From Bilabrum cf. latius (lineage: Eukaryota), in the NCBI GenBank assembly GCA_965178125.1, contig OZ237759.1:186001-250000 (forward strand): 64,000 nucleotides of DNA, given 5' to 3'. A model generated the notes under the pieces. The model made no database searches. It saw only the letters and a list, made by a program, of their open reading frames with translations, and was not told where the DNA came from. Of the stretch, positions 1 to 11,942 are shown one piece after another. Each line of letters opens with the position of its first letter. Position 1 is the first letter of the stretch. A program made the position numbers and the translations under genes.

Positions 1-2
1 AC

Positions 3-3000
3 GGGGATACGGAGCGGGAGTGGGTGTTCGACGCGGTGATCCGGTACATCAAGGTGGTCGGGGGTCCCCCGGGGGCAGAGGCTCTCCTGGTGGGCCTGCG
101 CAACGGCGCGGTGATGCAGGTGTTCGTGGGGAACCCCTTCCCGCTGGAGCTCGTGCGGCAGAAGACGTCCATCCGTTGCCTCGACCTCTCCCAGTCCAGG
201 AAGAGGCTGGCCGTGGTGGACGACCAGACGAGGGTGTGCGTGTACGACGTGGGGACCAAGGAGCTCCTGTGGCAGGCCACGGGCGCCAACAGCGTGGCCT
301 TCAATTCCAGCCACGAGGACAGCCTGTGCTTCTCCGGCGACAACCACCTGAGCATCAAGGTGGGGGACTTCCCCGTGGACAAGAGGCCCATGCCTGGGTT
401 CGTGGTCGGGTTCAACCGGTCCATGGTGTACGTCCTGCACTTTGTGGCCATGCGCACCGTGGACGTGCCCCAGTCCACGGCCATGGCACGATACCTGGAG
501 CTGGGCAAGCTGGACCGCGCGTACGACGCGGCGTGCCTGGGTGTCACGGACCAGGACTGGCGCACGCTGGGAGCCGCGGCCCTGCAGCAGGGCGACCTGC
601 AGGTGGCCAAAGGGGCATACAGCCGAGTCAAGGACGCCCGCTTCCTGTCCCTGGTGTTCGAGTCGGAGACCAAGGAGGCTGCGGGCGGCGTGTCGCCGCA
701 GGAGATCGCGGGGGAGGCACTGGCGTACGCCGGCAGGTTCAGCGAGGCCGCCAGGTCCTTCGTGAGGGCGAGCAAGCCGGAGCGGGCCGTGGACATGTTC
801 GTGGACCTGCGGCTGTGGGCGGAGGCCAAGCGGCTGGCGCAGTCCACGGGCAGCGTGGACGTCGAGGGCCTGATGCTGCAGCAGGCAGGGACGCTCGAGG
901 CGCAGGGGGACTACGCCGGGGCTGCCTCGGTGCTGGTGGCGGTGGGGCACCGCATCCGAGCCATCCACTTGTTCAAGGAAGCGGGGCAGTGGGTGTTCAT
1001 CGGGCAGATGGTCACCGATGCTGCCAACCACGTGCGCCGTGCGAAGCGCGGCCAGGTATTGCCGGCTGCGGCCTCGGGGGCTGGCGCGGATGCTCCCTCA
1101 GGCGAGGCCGGGTCGAGCAGCACTGGCGACCAGAAAGAGAGCCACGAGGAGGTGCTGCGCGCGGCCGCAGTTGCCCTTCGGTCCATCGGCACAGAGGGTG
1201 CCCTGTCTTCGGCCAGGGAGGCCTACGTGGCGCTGGGGGATGACTTGGGGCTGGCCACGCTGCTGGTGGCCATGAAGCGATGGGACGAGGCCAGCGCGCT
1301 GGCGGGGCGGGTGGCGCTGGAGGCTGCCGCGGGGGGCAGCGGGGGAGGCGCTGCTCCCGGGGATGCGGAGCGTCGGGCCCGCGAGCTGGCGGTGAAGGTG
1401 TTCTTGCCTCTGGCCGAGCACAGGGCGGTGGAGGGCGATTTCGAAGGGGCCCGGAGGGCGTACGAGCAGGCGGGGCGGCCGGACCTGGCCTCTGTGCTGC
1501 TGCGGGTGCTGCTGGACAACGCCATCAAGATGGACGAGCAGCAGCAGGCGGCAAGGCTGGCCTGGAGGCTGGCGGATGCCGAGATGGCGGTGGCGAGCGG
1601 GGCTCCTCTGGTGGCGGGCGGCAAAGAGGGCGAGGGCAAGGAGGCGGGGGAGGAGCTGGACGTGGAAGGCAAGTACGGCTCGGCCCTGGGACCGGAGCGG
1701 TACGGGGAAGCGGAGGGCCTGCGCCGGTGGTGGCTGCTGCGGCGGCGGGGGGACATGCACCTTGCCTTTGGCGCGGTCTCGGAGCTGTCGAGAGCCCCCT
1801 TCGCCAGGGAGGGCCCTGAGACGCTGCTGCACGCGGCGTGCTTCTTGGTGAACTGCATGGGGGTGTCCGAGGACAGCGCCAGGGAACAGTCGGAGGGGTG
1901 GGAGAGGGCGTGCGGGGGCGCGGGGGGCAGGGCACTGGACGCGTTGCTGGCTCCCCCCGAGGTGGGGGCGGGGGTGGGTTTGCACGAGCTGTGGGAGGAA
2001 GAGGGTGAGGTGAGGCGGAGGGCAGAGGACGCGGCCATGGGTGCTGCCGAGGGCGAAGAGGCCAAGGAGGGCGAGGAGGAGGATGCTGGGGCCAGGGGGG
2101 GCAAGAAGAGGGCTGGGGATGACCTAGATGGCCTGATCGCCGAGGCAGAGGCGCTCGCTGGGCCAAGAGTTGGAGGCAGGTCCGGAGGCCTGGGGCTGGC
2201 AGGTGACGGCAGCAAGGGGTCCTCCTCCTCCTCTTCTGCGGTGCTGCCCATGCTGCGCGCCCGACCGGCCCGCCTGCCCCAGGGGATCTCTCTCACTGAG
2301 AGCCTGTACGCGCTGGGCAAGACCTCCCCCGCGCTGGGGGCATTCAGGGCTGCACGTCACGCCCTGGATCTGCTCTCCCAACGGCGGATCCCCGTGGCCT
2401 GGCGGGACGACGTGGACGGGGCCGCGCTGGCGGTGCAGGCGCAGGCCTTCGTAGACAACGAGGCGCTGCTGCCCACGTGCCACCGGTGCGGGACTTCCAA
2501 CGCCTTGCTGCACCCCGCGGGAGGGGGCGACCGGTGCGCGAACTGCGGGCAGCGCTTCTGGAGGTCGGCTTCGACGTGGGAGGTGCTTCCGGTCGTGGAG
2601 TTTTGCGTGGTGGGGGATGGAGGTGGGGATGGCGAGGGCGAGGGCGGTGATGGCCCGGTGCCGGCGGAGGAAGCGCTGCAGGTCATCCGTAGGGCCGGGC
2701 CGAGCGGTGGCGCGGGTTAGGGTAGGAAGGGAGGGGAGACGCGAGGGACGGCGGGGGGCGCGGAGACGCTCACCTTCGAAGGGGGGGATTCGGCGGGGGG
2801 TGGCGCTGGGGGGGCGGGGGAGGGTTAGGGGTAGGCCGGCAGCGCGTCGGATCCATTCCGGCCGCTGCTAGCGGACCACTCGCTGGTCAACAGGCCGGGT
2901 CCCTTGCGCGTGCCCTTGTCGGTGGCGGGTATGATACCTGCCAGCGAGGTGCTTGCGGTGAGGGTGCCCCCCACGGTGGGGGGAGCTGCGGGGGGAAGAG

Positions 3001-3251
3001 CGGGCGCCAAGGGGGCACCGATGGGAGGCCGCGCGGCGCCGCGCATGACGGTTTTGCTGCGGAACATGATCCCCGACGTGCCCCTGTTCGCGTGTCCGTC
3101 GTGCTCGCACGTGTTCCATCGGGAAGACCTTGAGGCCAAGGCACTGCAGAAGGGGGGCTGCCCGGCGTGCGGGGCCTCGCTGGCCGAGATGGGTCTAGCG
3201 GATGCAGAGGAAGGGGGCGATGTGGAGAGCAAGGAGGCGCGGTTAGGATGA
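3..3251 (+). CDS. IFT122: Intraflagellar transport protein 122 (IFT-A, WD40/TPR/Zn-ribbon), 5'-truncated by the window edge
   Basis: EREWVFDAVIRYIKVVGGPPGAEALLVGLRNG, IRCLDLS, AYDAACLGVTDQDWR and the C-terminal CPSCSHVFHREDLEAKALQKGGCPAC match IFT122. ORFs 24..2720 and 2904..3251 are in one frame, joined across TAG at 2718, 2826 and 2832. Ends TGA. Confidence 0.93.
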
Positions 3252-3373
3252 TTGTGCGTGGATATTGTCCAGATCGTCGTATTTGACCAGTTCGACCTTC
3301 ATCCGGAGCGCTGCTGCCAGCCGCGGGTTGCCACTGCGCATGACAACATAAATCAGTTGAACGACAACTCACC

Positions 3374-4693
3374 ATGGACTCTTTAGAGCATACATCAACG
3401 CATGGCAGCTCAAGTGGTGCAATCGATCCAGCTGACGGCGTTGTTCGGAGTGTGCTGGAAGCCAGGAACGGCGGGGCCGGAACGACCGAAGAGCGTATAG
3501 CGGCGGCTGGAGGTGCCCATTTCTACCATTACAATTGCTCAGGAGAATGTGATGAGGGATGGGGATGCTGCTACCGCGCATGCTAGTCCATGCTGCACGG
3601 AGCGAAAGGGAGCGTGCTGTCGATCAAAAACATTCAAAAACTCCTTGCGAGCGCCCCAGAAGCAGCTTCACGAGGCTGGAGTCAAGATTCCGTTGGAAGC
3701 ACGAAATGGATGGAGCCACCAGACGTAGCTATTGTGTTGCGGCTCCGTGGCCTTCCCCCTGGCACCGAAATGCTCGAATGGGACGCCAAGCTGCCTGCAG
3801 CCAACGATCCAATGGGCAAACGCGCCGCTGGCCAGCTATCGAGCGCACTAGAAACCGTATCAAGCAACCTGTGGCAAGTGCTGTGGTCAGACGAGAAAGA
3901 AAAGTCGGGTAGGCCAGTTGATGCCAAGGAGTCTGGTGTGGTTGCGCCAGCGGTGATCGATGACGGGACATTCGCATACACGGTGGCTGCCATTCGCGAG
4001 CGGCCCCCGTCGGCTGGACCCTCTCCCCGCTGCAGAGGCAGCCCGCTTCAGGCTCTCGCCGGCATGCTGCCAGCGGGCGGGATTGGTCGCACCCGGTGGG
4101 GCCCAGATCTCCATGCACTGGCACTGGCAGTCGGGAAGGAGGACCCCGACCCCGAGCTGGCCAAGAGGCTGGACCGCCTTGGCCGCACGGAGATCCTTGT
4201 CTTGGACACCCATTACACGAAGCGAGTGGACGCAGGCGCTTTCGATCCCCCAGAGAGCCGTGCAGGGCCGGGGCTTGAGTCAGCCGCGGGGCCAATGGGG
4301 GGGGCTGCTGCGAGCGACTTGAAGGGCGACTGCGGCTCAGCGAGCAAGGCGATTACCAGTGGTGTCGACCCGAGCGTGGCTCATTGGGAGCAAATAACCC
4401 CCGAAATAGAGGGCGGTAGGAGTGGGGCTGTCGCCGCCACTGGGGAGGCGGCTGCGGGTGGGGCGAGTGGGGGCACGCCAGTGGTGGAGGCAGAGGTAGG
4501 CGAGGGCAAGTCGACGGGCGAAGAGGCAGAGGAAGCGCCTGGCACGCCCGCCCCGAAAGCAAATGTGTCAATTCTGGGCCAGCAGGGAGTATCCTGGGTC
4601 TCCCTACCCGCTTTCCTGAGCAGGAGCAGGTCATCTCGGTGGATGGGCGCGGGTCTTCGGAGAACTGCCGCAGGAGCAGGGGCTTCATCATGA
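3374..4693 (+). CDS. Ufm1-specific protease (peptidase C78, UFSP-like)
   Basis: HFYHY..DEGWGCCYRAC[TAG 3584]SML matches the family YHY..D.GWGCxYRxxQ catalytic-Cys motif. ILVLDTHYT corresponds to the LILDPHY Asp/His motif. ORFs 3374..3586 and 3590..4693 are in frame. Ends TGA. Confidence 0.85.
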
Positions 4694-4984
4694 TTTGGGC
4701 TAGTACGGGACTTTGATTCAGTACAGATGTGATAGGACACGAGCTAAGAATCGCGCGCAAGGTACATGCGTTTGCCCACGACAGACCTGAGGCCGGCTCG
4801 CGGGATTTTCAATACACCCATCCATCCCGGATTCTTCAGCCGGACCCGTCAGCGCCTGCCATCCTTGGAGACCTACTCGGGCCGCTCTCCTGCCCTCCTG
4901 CGGAAGTCCCCGCCTCTGTTGCCACTTTCCCACCGATGCCAGCTGCACCGCTCGCGCAGATCGACCCAGGGGCGCCTGTGTTCC

Positions 4985-7900
4985 TCATGGCCCCGCCAGC
5001 TGCCCTTGCACCTTATTCGTGGAAGGCTGCTCCACCCCACTGCCCTTCTCCTCCGCCTCCGCCTCCGCCCCATCCTGGTCAGACCCGGTGCCAAGCGACC
5101 TCAGCAAGAAGGCCCTGAGCTCATCTCTGTACTGGGTGATTGCCTTCTGGTTGGTAAACTCGCGGATGTCCTCGCTGTGCCACCCCGCCGCCGCCCTCTC
5201 TGCATACAGCAGGCAAGCCACTCCGCAGTCGAAGCCGGTCTCTTGATGCTGCGCGGGGATGGCGCTCCGGGCCACGGACTGCCAGCTGCTCGATGCAGAC
5301 TGCGAGGGTGAGGATAGGCCGGTCCTCCCCTTGCTGCGGCCCCCCGCCGCGGCGGGCAATGGGGCCACCCTGTCCAGCCAGTGCACCACCGCTCTGGGCA
5401 TGGACCTAAAGCTCATGCTCTGGCCCTCTCTTCCTCCCCGCGTGGTGGGCTTGCCCATCGGCTCAAAGACCTCCAGCAGTGGGGCATCAGGGTCTAGCAC
5501 AACACGCACGAGGTTCCAGTGGTTCTTACCAGGGTTCCAAAAGAAGAGTATCTGCGGCGGAGGGGCCACGCTGACCCGCTGGCATACCAGCATAGCCTTG
5601 ACCATCGGGCCGTCTGCTGCTGCCGTTTGTTTTGATCCACTGCTGGATGCAGCGGCAGAGTCGGACCACGCCGAGGACGAGGACCCAGTGGAGCGAGGGG
5701 AGTTGACTTCTCCTCGGAATGTCCCCCGACCGCTGCCACTGCCGCTGGTGCCGGTGCTGCCACTCGCGCGGATTTTGGCTGCAGCCCGTGCCCGCGCGGC
5801 CTCCTGCTGCTCTCTGGCTCTGGCGTTTTCCTCCTGCTGCTGCTGCTCCTCTGCCTCCTTCACCGCCTCCTCCCACTCCTGTCTCCTCTGCTGCTGCAGC
5901 ACCTCCCTCGCAGTCTCCACGCACGTGTTCACGTGTGCAGCCAGCATCTCCTGACTCTGCCTCATGATGGGCTGTTGCACGCGCTGCACCTCTGCCATGT
6001 CCACGGTCTCCACCGCCACCTGCGCCTGCGCCGCCACTGGAGCCATGCCCTTCTCTATGAGCTCCCGCATGCGGGTCGACTGCAGCCGGTTGATTTCCTA
6101 AGTGCCCGCCCTCGTCAGCTCATCCATCCGCTCCTGCATCCAGCGGCTCGCCGGGTCACAGAGAGCAGCCCGCGCCGCCAGCGCTACGCACTGCTTCTGC
6201 GGCCCGTCGGGATGTGCAGCTGCCACCCCGTCGATGAAGAGCAGCGCCACGCTGCGGCAGGGCGGCGACCAGGAGGTGGGGACCGCGCGCCCCATGCAGA
6301 GACGCGTGAAGTACTGGAGCAAGTCGTCTTCGGTGACCGGGCTGGGCTCGCTTGGGGGCTGCAATGCAGCAGAAGGGGAGGAAGCCGTGCCAACGAGTTG
6401 CAAATGGTGCTGTCCGCTTGTAGCACTGGTGCTGGTACTGGGGCTGGTGCTACCAAGGGCGCGGCCGGCTGCCTCTGGCTCTGCGCCTTCCCGCGGGCGT
6501 TTCCGAGGGGACCTCGGCTTCGGAGCAAGCACCTTGGCAGCCTTGCGGGACCCAGCCCTGGGTCCCCCCTTGGAAGTTCGGAGGCGCCGCCTGTAGACCA
6601 CCGGCCTGCAGCACAGCTCAACTCGAAACCTGCCCGGGAGGCCATCCAGCGCACTTGGGTTCCTGCCGCTTGCTGCTGCTGCTACTGCTGCTGCTGTGCT
6701 ACCCCCACCGCCCTGCCCGACCGAATCTTCCATCCCGGGCTGGTTCCACGACCCCTTGATACTTGTCCCCGGAGCCGGAGACCCTTCCCCGCGCTGTTGG
6801 AATATGCTCCGGACATCCACCCTCCTGCCCAGCAGGTCCGTGGGCTGATACTCCCGCAAGTTGGTCTCTGTGCGGCACGCGCTCTCCGCCTCAAAGGCAG
6901 CAAAGGTGCACGGCAACACGTGCGCCGCTGGGTAGTTCCTCTGGATATGCATGCACACTAGGTCGATGAGGGTCCCAGTCAGCCACGAGTCCCCATCCAC
7001 GGGTGCTGCTTCCAGGTCCATCTGGCAGGCGGCCCTGGCCACTGCGGCTAGGTCGGGGGGAAGGCGGTGCGGGCTGGGGCCAGCGCGCGATGAGGATGAA
7101 GACTGGGCGCCAGATGCTAGTAGGCCGGGGTGTGATCCTGCAGGCCCCACGGACAGCTGGAGGGGGGGCGGGGAGGAAGAAGAAGAGGCAGACGAGGAGG
7201 GATGCCCCCGGCCTTGCCCCTCTTGCGCCCCGCTGCCATCGCTAGAGGACCTGCCTGTGCTGGAGGCAGTGCCCGCAGCAGAGGTACCGGGCCTCGTGCC
7301 CTCGTCCCAGGGCTGGGGAGCAGCTGTGACGAGTGCATCGCCCTCGCTCCACTAGCTTGGCCAGCGGCCGGTGTGCGCCCCAGCAGCTGCAGTGGCGGTG
7401 CTGCGATTCTCTTGCCCAATTGAGTATGCTGATGCGTCTGTTGGGGTTGCATCTCCCGCTCGTAAGTCCCCGCCATGCCTGCCGATGCCACTGCCCCGCG
7501 AGACGAAAGAATAGGTGCCTGGGGCAGGCCACCGCAGGGGGGCTGCAGCCAGTGCCGCCCGTGTGGCAACCGCGCTGGGGGCCGCTGTGCAAGAGACACA
7601 CGATCGTAGGAATGCATCTGTTTCCAGAGGGCCGGGAACAGAGGCGGAGGATGCTACTGATGCTCCGGGCGACGACGACGACGACGACGACGACGATGAA
7701 GAGGCGCATGGGGCCGATTTGGCGCTGCTATGGGAGCGTTGCGGCAAGCTCGGGGCACCGGCCCCCGCTGCCATCTTTGCAGATAGTACGATGCTTCGGG
7801 CGAGCTCCTCCAACGAACTTGAATCTTCTGCATCCTCCTCTTTGTCTTTTTCTTCCTGCACTTCTTGTTTCTTCTTCTCACCAAGGCAGGTCTGAAGCTC

Positions 7901-8116
7901 GAATGGGTCCTCTTGATAGCACCAGGGAGTGCGGCAGCGAGGAACTCGCAATCGCACGAGAAGACCAGACGGCTCAAAACCGTTCAATTCCCTTGAATCT
8001 AAGCCGCGGACCATTGGAATGCCGTCTACGCTACCGTTCCAACCTGTAGCATCTGCAGCAACACCCGCCACCACGCCGGCATCCTCAATTGCCGCTGGCT
8101 TTGCACCAGATGCCAT
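4985..8116 (-). CDS. Ulp1/SENP-family (C48) SUMO/ubiquitin-like protease, ~1043 aa
   Basis: Three ORFs in one frame joined across TAG 7352 and 6098. Motifs SWLTGTLID, NPGKNHWNLV (His), VFEPMG (acidic) and QHQETGFDCGVACL (Gln/Cys). Ends TGA. Confidence 0.78.
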
Positions 8117-8445
8117 TCAACCAAATGACTGCAAGTATTGAAATTGTGCCGCTAACTGGTTAGAGGGCTTTTACAATACTCGGTATTGTGGTTGCTTGCT
8201 CCAATGCTAGCGTAGTCTCGACATCTTAATGCAACAGCACCATAATACAATCCAATTTTCAGATCGAAGTCTTACGGTGGTACACTTGATTACAATGCGA
8301 TCGAATGTGTGCGCAATTCCTGTTGCCCTGTCGTTAGTAGTGATTTCATCTTGCCCGCAATTGGTCGTCCGGAATCTTCCAAATGATGAATTGCGCGACT
8401 AGTCTCTACGGGGTCATTTTCGCGCTAGTATCGCAAGTGATAGCC

Positions 8446-9875
8446 ATGCAAAAGAGGCTTTTTGACACAATTCGTACGGCCACAAGCGGTATGAGCAGGA
8501 TAAGGGGCTTGGCATCTCGGGGGGCCCCATCTAGATTCTGCGCTGTTGCTGTTGGAGGCGTGACAGCCGGCGTAGCGATTTCGGCTGCTCTATTGCAGCC
8601 CACTAAGCTAGAGCAGGGCGATAGTAACAGCAAGAGTGTTCACAGCCCGGGCAGTGTGGATTCTCCTTGGTAGAGAGTAGCACACGTCAGCGAGCACCGC
8701 ACGTTGCTTGAGTTTCCCCTTCGCATCCCACCTGGCACGTTCGGCAACAAGGAAGACTTGTGCTCTGCCGGCACTGCTCTCCGTGCTATGCTCGGAATGT
8801 CGTGGGTACCTCTAGCGCGGGCGTACTCTTTTGGGTACTACGTGTCGCCGTCCGCGCTATCGCATCTCGAGAACCACCCTGAGGTGAACAGCGATGCTAC
8901 GGCAAGCGTGGTGCAGCTCTCTAAGGATCAAACACCAGAAACTCTAAGCATTGACCCATCCAAAGCGGAGCGCACCCTGCTTCGTGCCCCGGAAGGAAAC
9001 GTGAACGCAAGCCTGCTAGACGCGATCCTGCGAGCGAGCGGAGGCACTGGCACCGGCGGCGCGGGGAAAGGGACCGAGGTGGGTGTGATCCTGCGCATGT
9101 CTCGAGATATCGATGGGCCACACCTGGCGCATGGGTTCAAGAACTCGGGTAAGTTGCTGCATTGCGTACCTGCATATTGACATGGCTGGCGTCCCACAGT
9201 CCAGTGCCCCAGTGATTGGCACCATGGCACCATCGTTGTCGCCATCGTCACACGCCGGCCGCCTCCCAACGCTCATTCCCCACCGCAGTAGAGAAGCAGC
9301 TGAAGGTGACCCAGCGGGCACTGGAAGCAGCGAGCTCGGCAGCCGACAAGGCCAACTTGAAGGCGAGCACGAAGTCGACATCCGGAGCAGCTGCTCCTCG
9401 CCCCGAGGGGGGCAACGGCCCCGCCTCCCCTGCCGAGACGAGGGACATGCTGGCCCTGCGGCTGGGGCCGTCGTCAGAAGAGCAGGTGAGGGCCGATGCG
9501 GTGGCCGCGCTGAGCGACCGCTTCAACGCCCTCAAGCTGCGCAAGGGGGATGACGTGGCGTTCTGCTGGAGCGCGGGGGGTGGCCTGCGGTCCTTCGTGA
9601 GGGGGGGTGCCGCGGCCAGGGAGCGGGCGAGGAGCGGGGCGGGGGCTCCGGGGCAGGGCGACCCGGAGGCACCGCTGGAGGTGGGCGCCGCGGTGATGGT
9701 TCCGCAGATCGGCCGCGCGCTGTTCGGAGTGTACTGCGACGACACCGCGGTGAGCTGGAGGGGAAGGAACACGTTCGCCAGGAACGTGCAGGCCATGGCA
9801 AGGGCCAGGAGAGACGGGGGCGTGGTGGACCCGGGGCGCATCGTGGCGCTGGAGCACGCGGCAAGGAGCAAGTGA
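8446..9875 (+). CDS. Chalcone-isomerase-fold protein (Aim18/Aim46/FAP-like), probably mitochondrial; intron 9149..9288
   Basis: Basic N-terminal presequence plus hydrophobic stretch, TAG 8671 read through, then EHRTLLEFP..GTALRAM..RAYSFGYYV and C-terminal IGRALFGVYCDDTAVS. A GTAAGT...CCGCAG intron restores the frame (KNS-V-EKQL). Ends TGA. Confidence 0.68.
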
Positions 9876-9949
9876 TGAGCTCCGATCGCCATGTGAGGCA
9901 TTTTAGGTGGGCGGCCACAGTGGGCCGGTAAATCGTCCATCAGCGCAAA

Positions 9950-11680
9950 ATGAATTCCGTATTTTCGATTCTATGCGCATCCGTTGCGGTTGCCCAACTC
10001 CACTCATAGATGCTCAGGGCGTACTATGTGCTCAGCCCCAACTCTTCAAGACCGCACGTCCCAGATCAATCCACGCTTGCCCCCAGGCTTGCCGATGGGA
10101 CAGCGCTTCTGTACACTGCGTTTGGAGATACGTATCTATTCTAGAATGGGTCAAGCGTGGATGTTTCGGGTGATAAGGAGCTGTGGCACGATGCTGGGCA
10201 CGGGGACATTGAAACAATGGTGGGCGACGCCAAAAACGCATCGCTCGTGCATGGCTACGTGCACATTGAGCACGGCTGGTATGTAAATTCATAGTATCGG
10301 TACTATGGGACGGTACACTACAGCGTCTCGGAAGATGGCGGTGCTAGTTTCTCCTCTGTCGATGCCAAGGACACGCTTTGCGTGGTCAGCGCCGGCCCGC
10401 CCGACATTGGCGGCCCGAACAACACGGGCACGGGCCCGCAGTGGGCTGTGCTGCAGCCAGAGGCTGGCTACATCTACCTGTACGTGTATGACGCGTTTGC
10501 CATCGACGACGCATCGGGAGCCCCTGTGGGAGGCGTCACCGTGGCCCGCTCGAGCGTAGGGGACGCGGGCAGGCCCGGCACGTGGCACAGGTATTTCCAG
10601 GGCAGCTGGGATAGCCCTGGGGTGGGCGGGAATGCGAGCGCCCTGACAGGCATGCGCGGCACGAAGGTGATATACTGGCAGTCCCAGGGGTTGTGGGTCT
10701 CGGTGGACTACTAGGGCGGGCTTAGCACCTCACAAGATGGACTTGTGTGGACCCCGGAGCCGTTCCCGCTGTTCCCCGCGCCCCTCCCCGAGGCCTGGCA
10801 GACACCCCCGATCAAGCCCGCCAAGTACTACTACACGAGCCTGATCCCGCAGAGCGGAGGCAGCGTGTGGGGCAATGGGAGCACCACTGCAGCAGACGCC
10901 GAGGGCGTGGTGACTGGCCGCGCTGGGCGCGAGTCACAGCTGTCAGCGGATCCGAACGCCGACGAGATCCTGTATCTGTTCTACCTGTACAACCAGGCCA
11001 CCACCGACTCCTGGCATGATGTGGTGCGCGGGCTGGCTCGGTCCTCGGTCAGCCTCCGCATGGGAGCCCCCTCGAGTGGGGGCGGAGCTGAAGGCGAAGG
11101 TGATGGTGAAGGTGATGGTGAAGGTCTTGACGGCCAGGGCATCGTGTCGGTCCTTGGGCTGGGGAGGTACGAGAAGGCCGGGGCCGGGGGAGACGTGACG
11201 GACCACTGGGCCACCGTGGGCCCGCCCACTCGCTCCTGCGATGCCTGCAACACGAGCGACTACCAGTACGTCATCCTGCTCGGGTATCTGGCCACAGATC
11301 CGGCTGCGTGGGGAAGCGAGATCCTCGCTGCTGCTGGTGCAGACGGAACAGCGGGCCCCGTGGGGCTGGTGGACTGCTATGACGCGCAGAACGACGACCA
11401 CATCGCCACGCTGGAAGGGGAGTGCGCCGGCATGAACCAAATCGGCCAGCACCACTCGCAGCTGCACACGGACGGGCTGCCCAGGTACAGGGCACTCGCT
11501 CTCATGGGCTACCTATCGAGCAAGCAGTCGGCCAACCCCGCCCCCAAGGAGTACGACCTGCTGCCATTGGCCCGGTGCTTCGTGAACCAGACCAAGGACC
11601 ACTACCTGTCTCCGGTCTACCCGTGCAAGCAGGGGGAGCAGCAGACGGACATGGGATTCATCTTCTGGCCCGCGAGCTGA
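9950..11680 (+). CDS. Secreted Asp-box/BNR beta-propeller-like protein (possible glycosidase) with Cys/His C-terminal repeats, 576 aa
   Basis: Signal peptide MNSVFSILCASVAVA. Single frame across TAG 10007, 10142, 10292 and 10712. Asp-box-like SEDGGASF and SQDGLVW; C-terminal DC(Y)..DDH / RCF..KDHY repeats. Ends TGA. Confidence 0.62.
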
Positions 11681-11775
11681 GGGGAGCAGCAGACAGACAT
11701 GGGATTCATCTTCTTGCCCGCAAGCTGAGGGGAGCAGCAGACAGACATGGGATTCATCTTCTGGCCAGCGAGCTG
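11631..11775 (+). repeat. Tandem triplication of a 48-bp unit spanning the gene's stop codon
   Basis: Three near-identical copies of aggggagcagcagacRgacatgggattcatcttctKgccMgcRagctg, encoding GEQQTDMGFIF(W/L)PAS. Confidence 0.95.
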
Positions 11776-11942
11776 GTGACGAGGCGGCCAGCCATCTATA
11801 CGTGTGCTGGGGTTCTGCTCCCGCGCATGGATCGTTGGTTGCTGGCCAACCCCATCGGATCATCTCGACCTGCTGTGAGTGGCTGCAATTTGAATATATC
11901 GGCGGTGCGGAAACAACAACATTTTTGGTTTTATGGGTACAG

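Noticed and set aside
11631-11775. CRISPR-like array
   Set aside because: The units are contiguous with no unique spacers, derive from coding sequence, and lie in a eukaryotic context.
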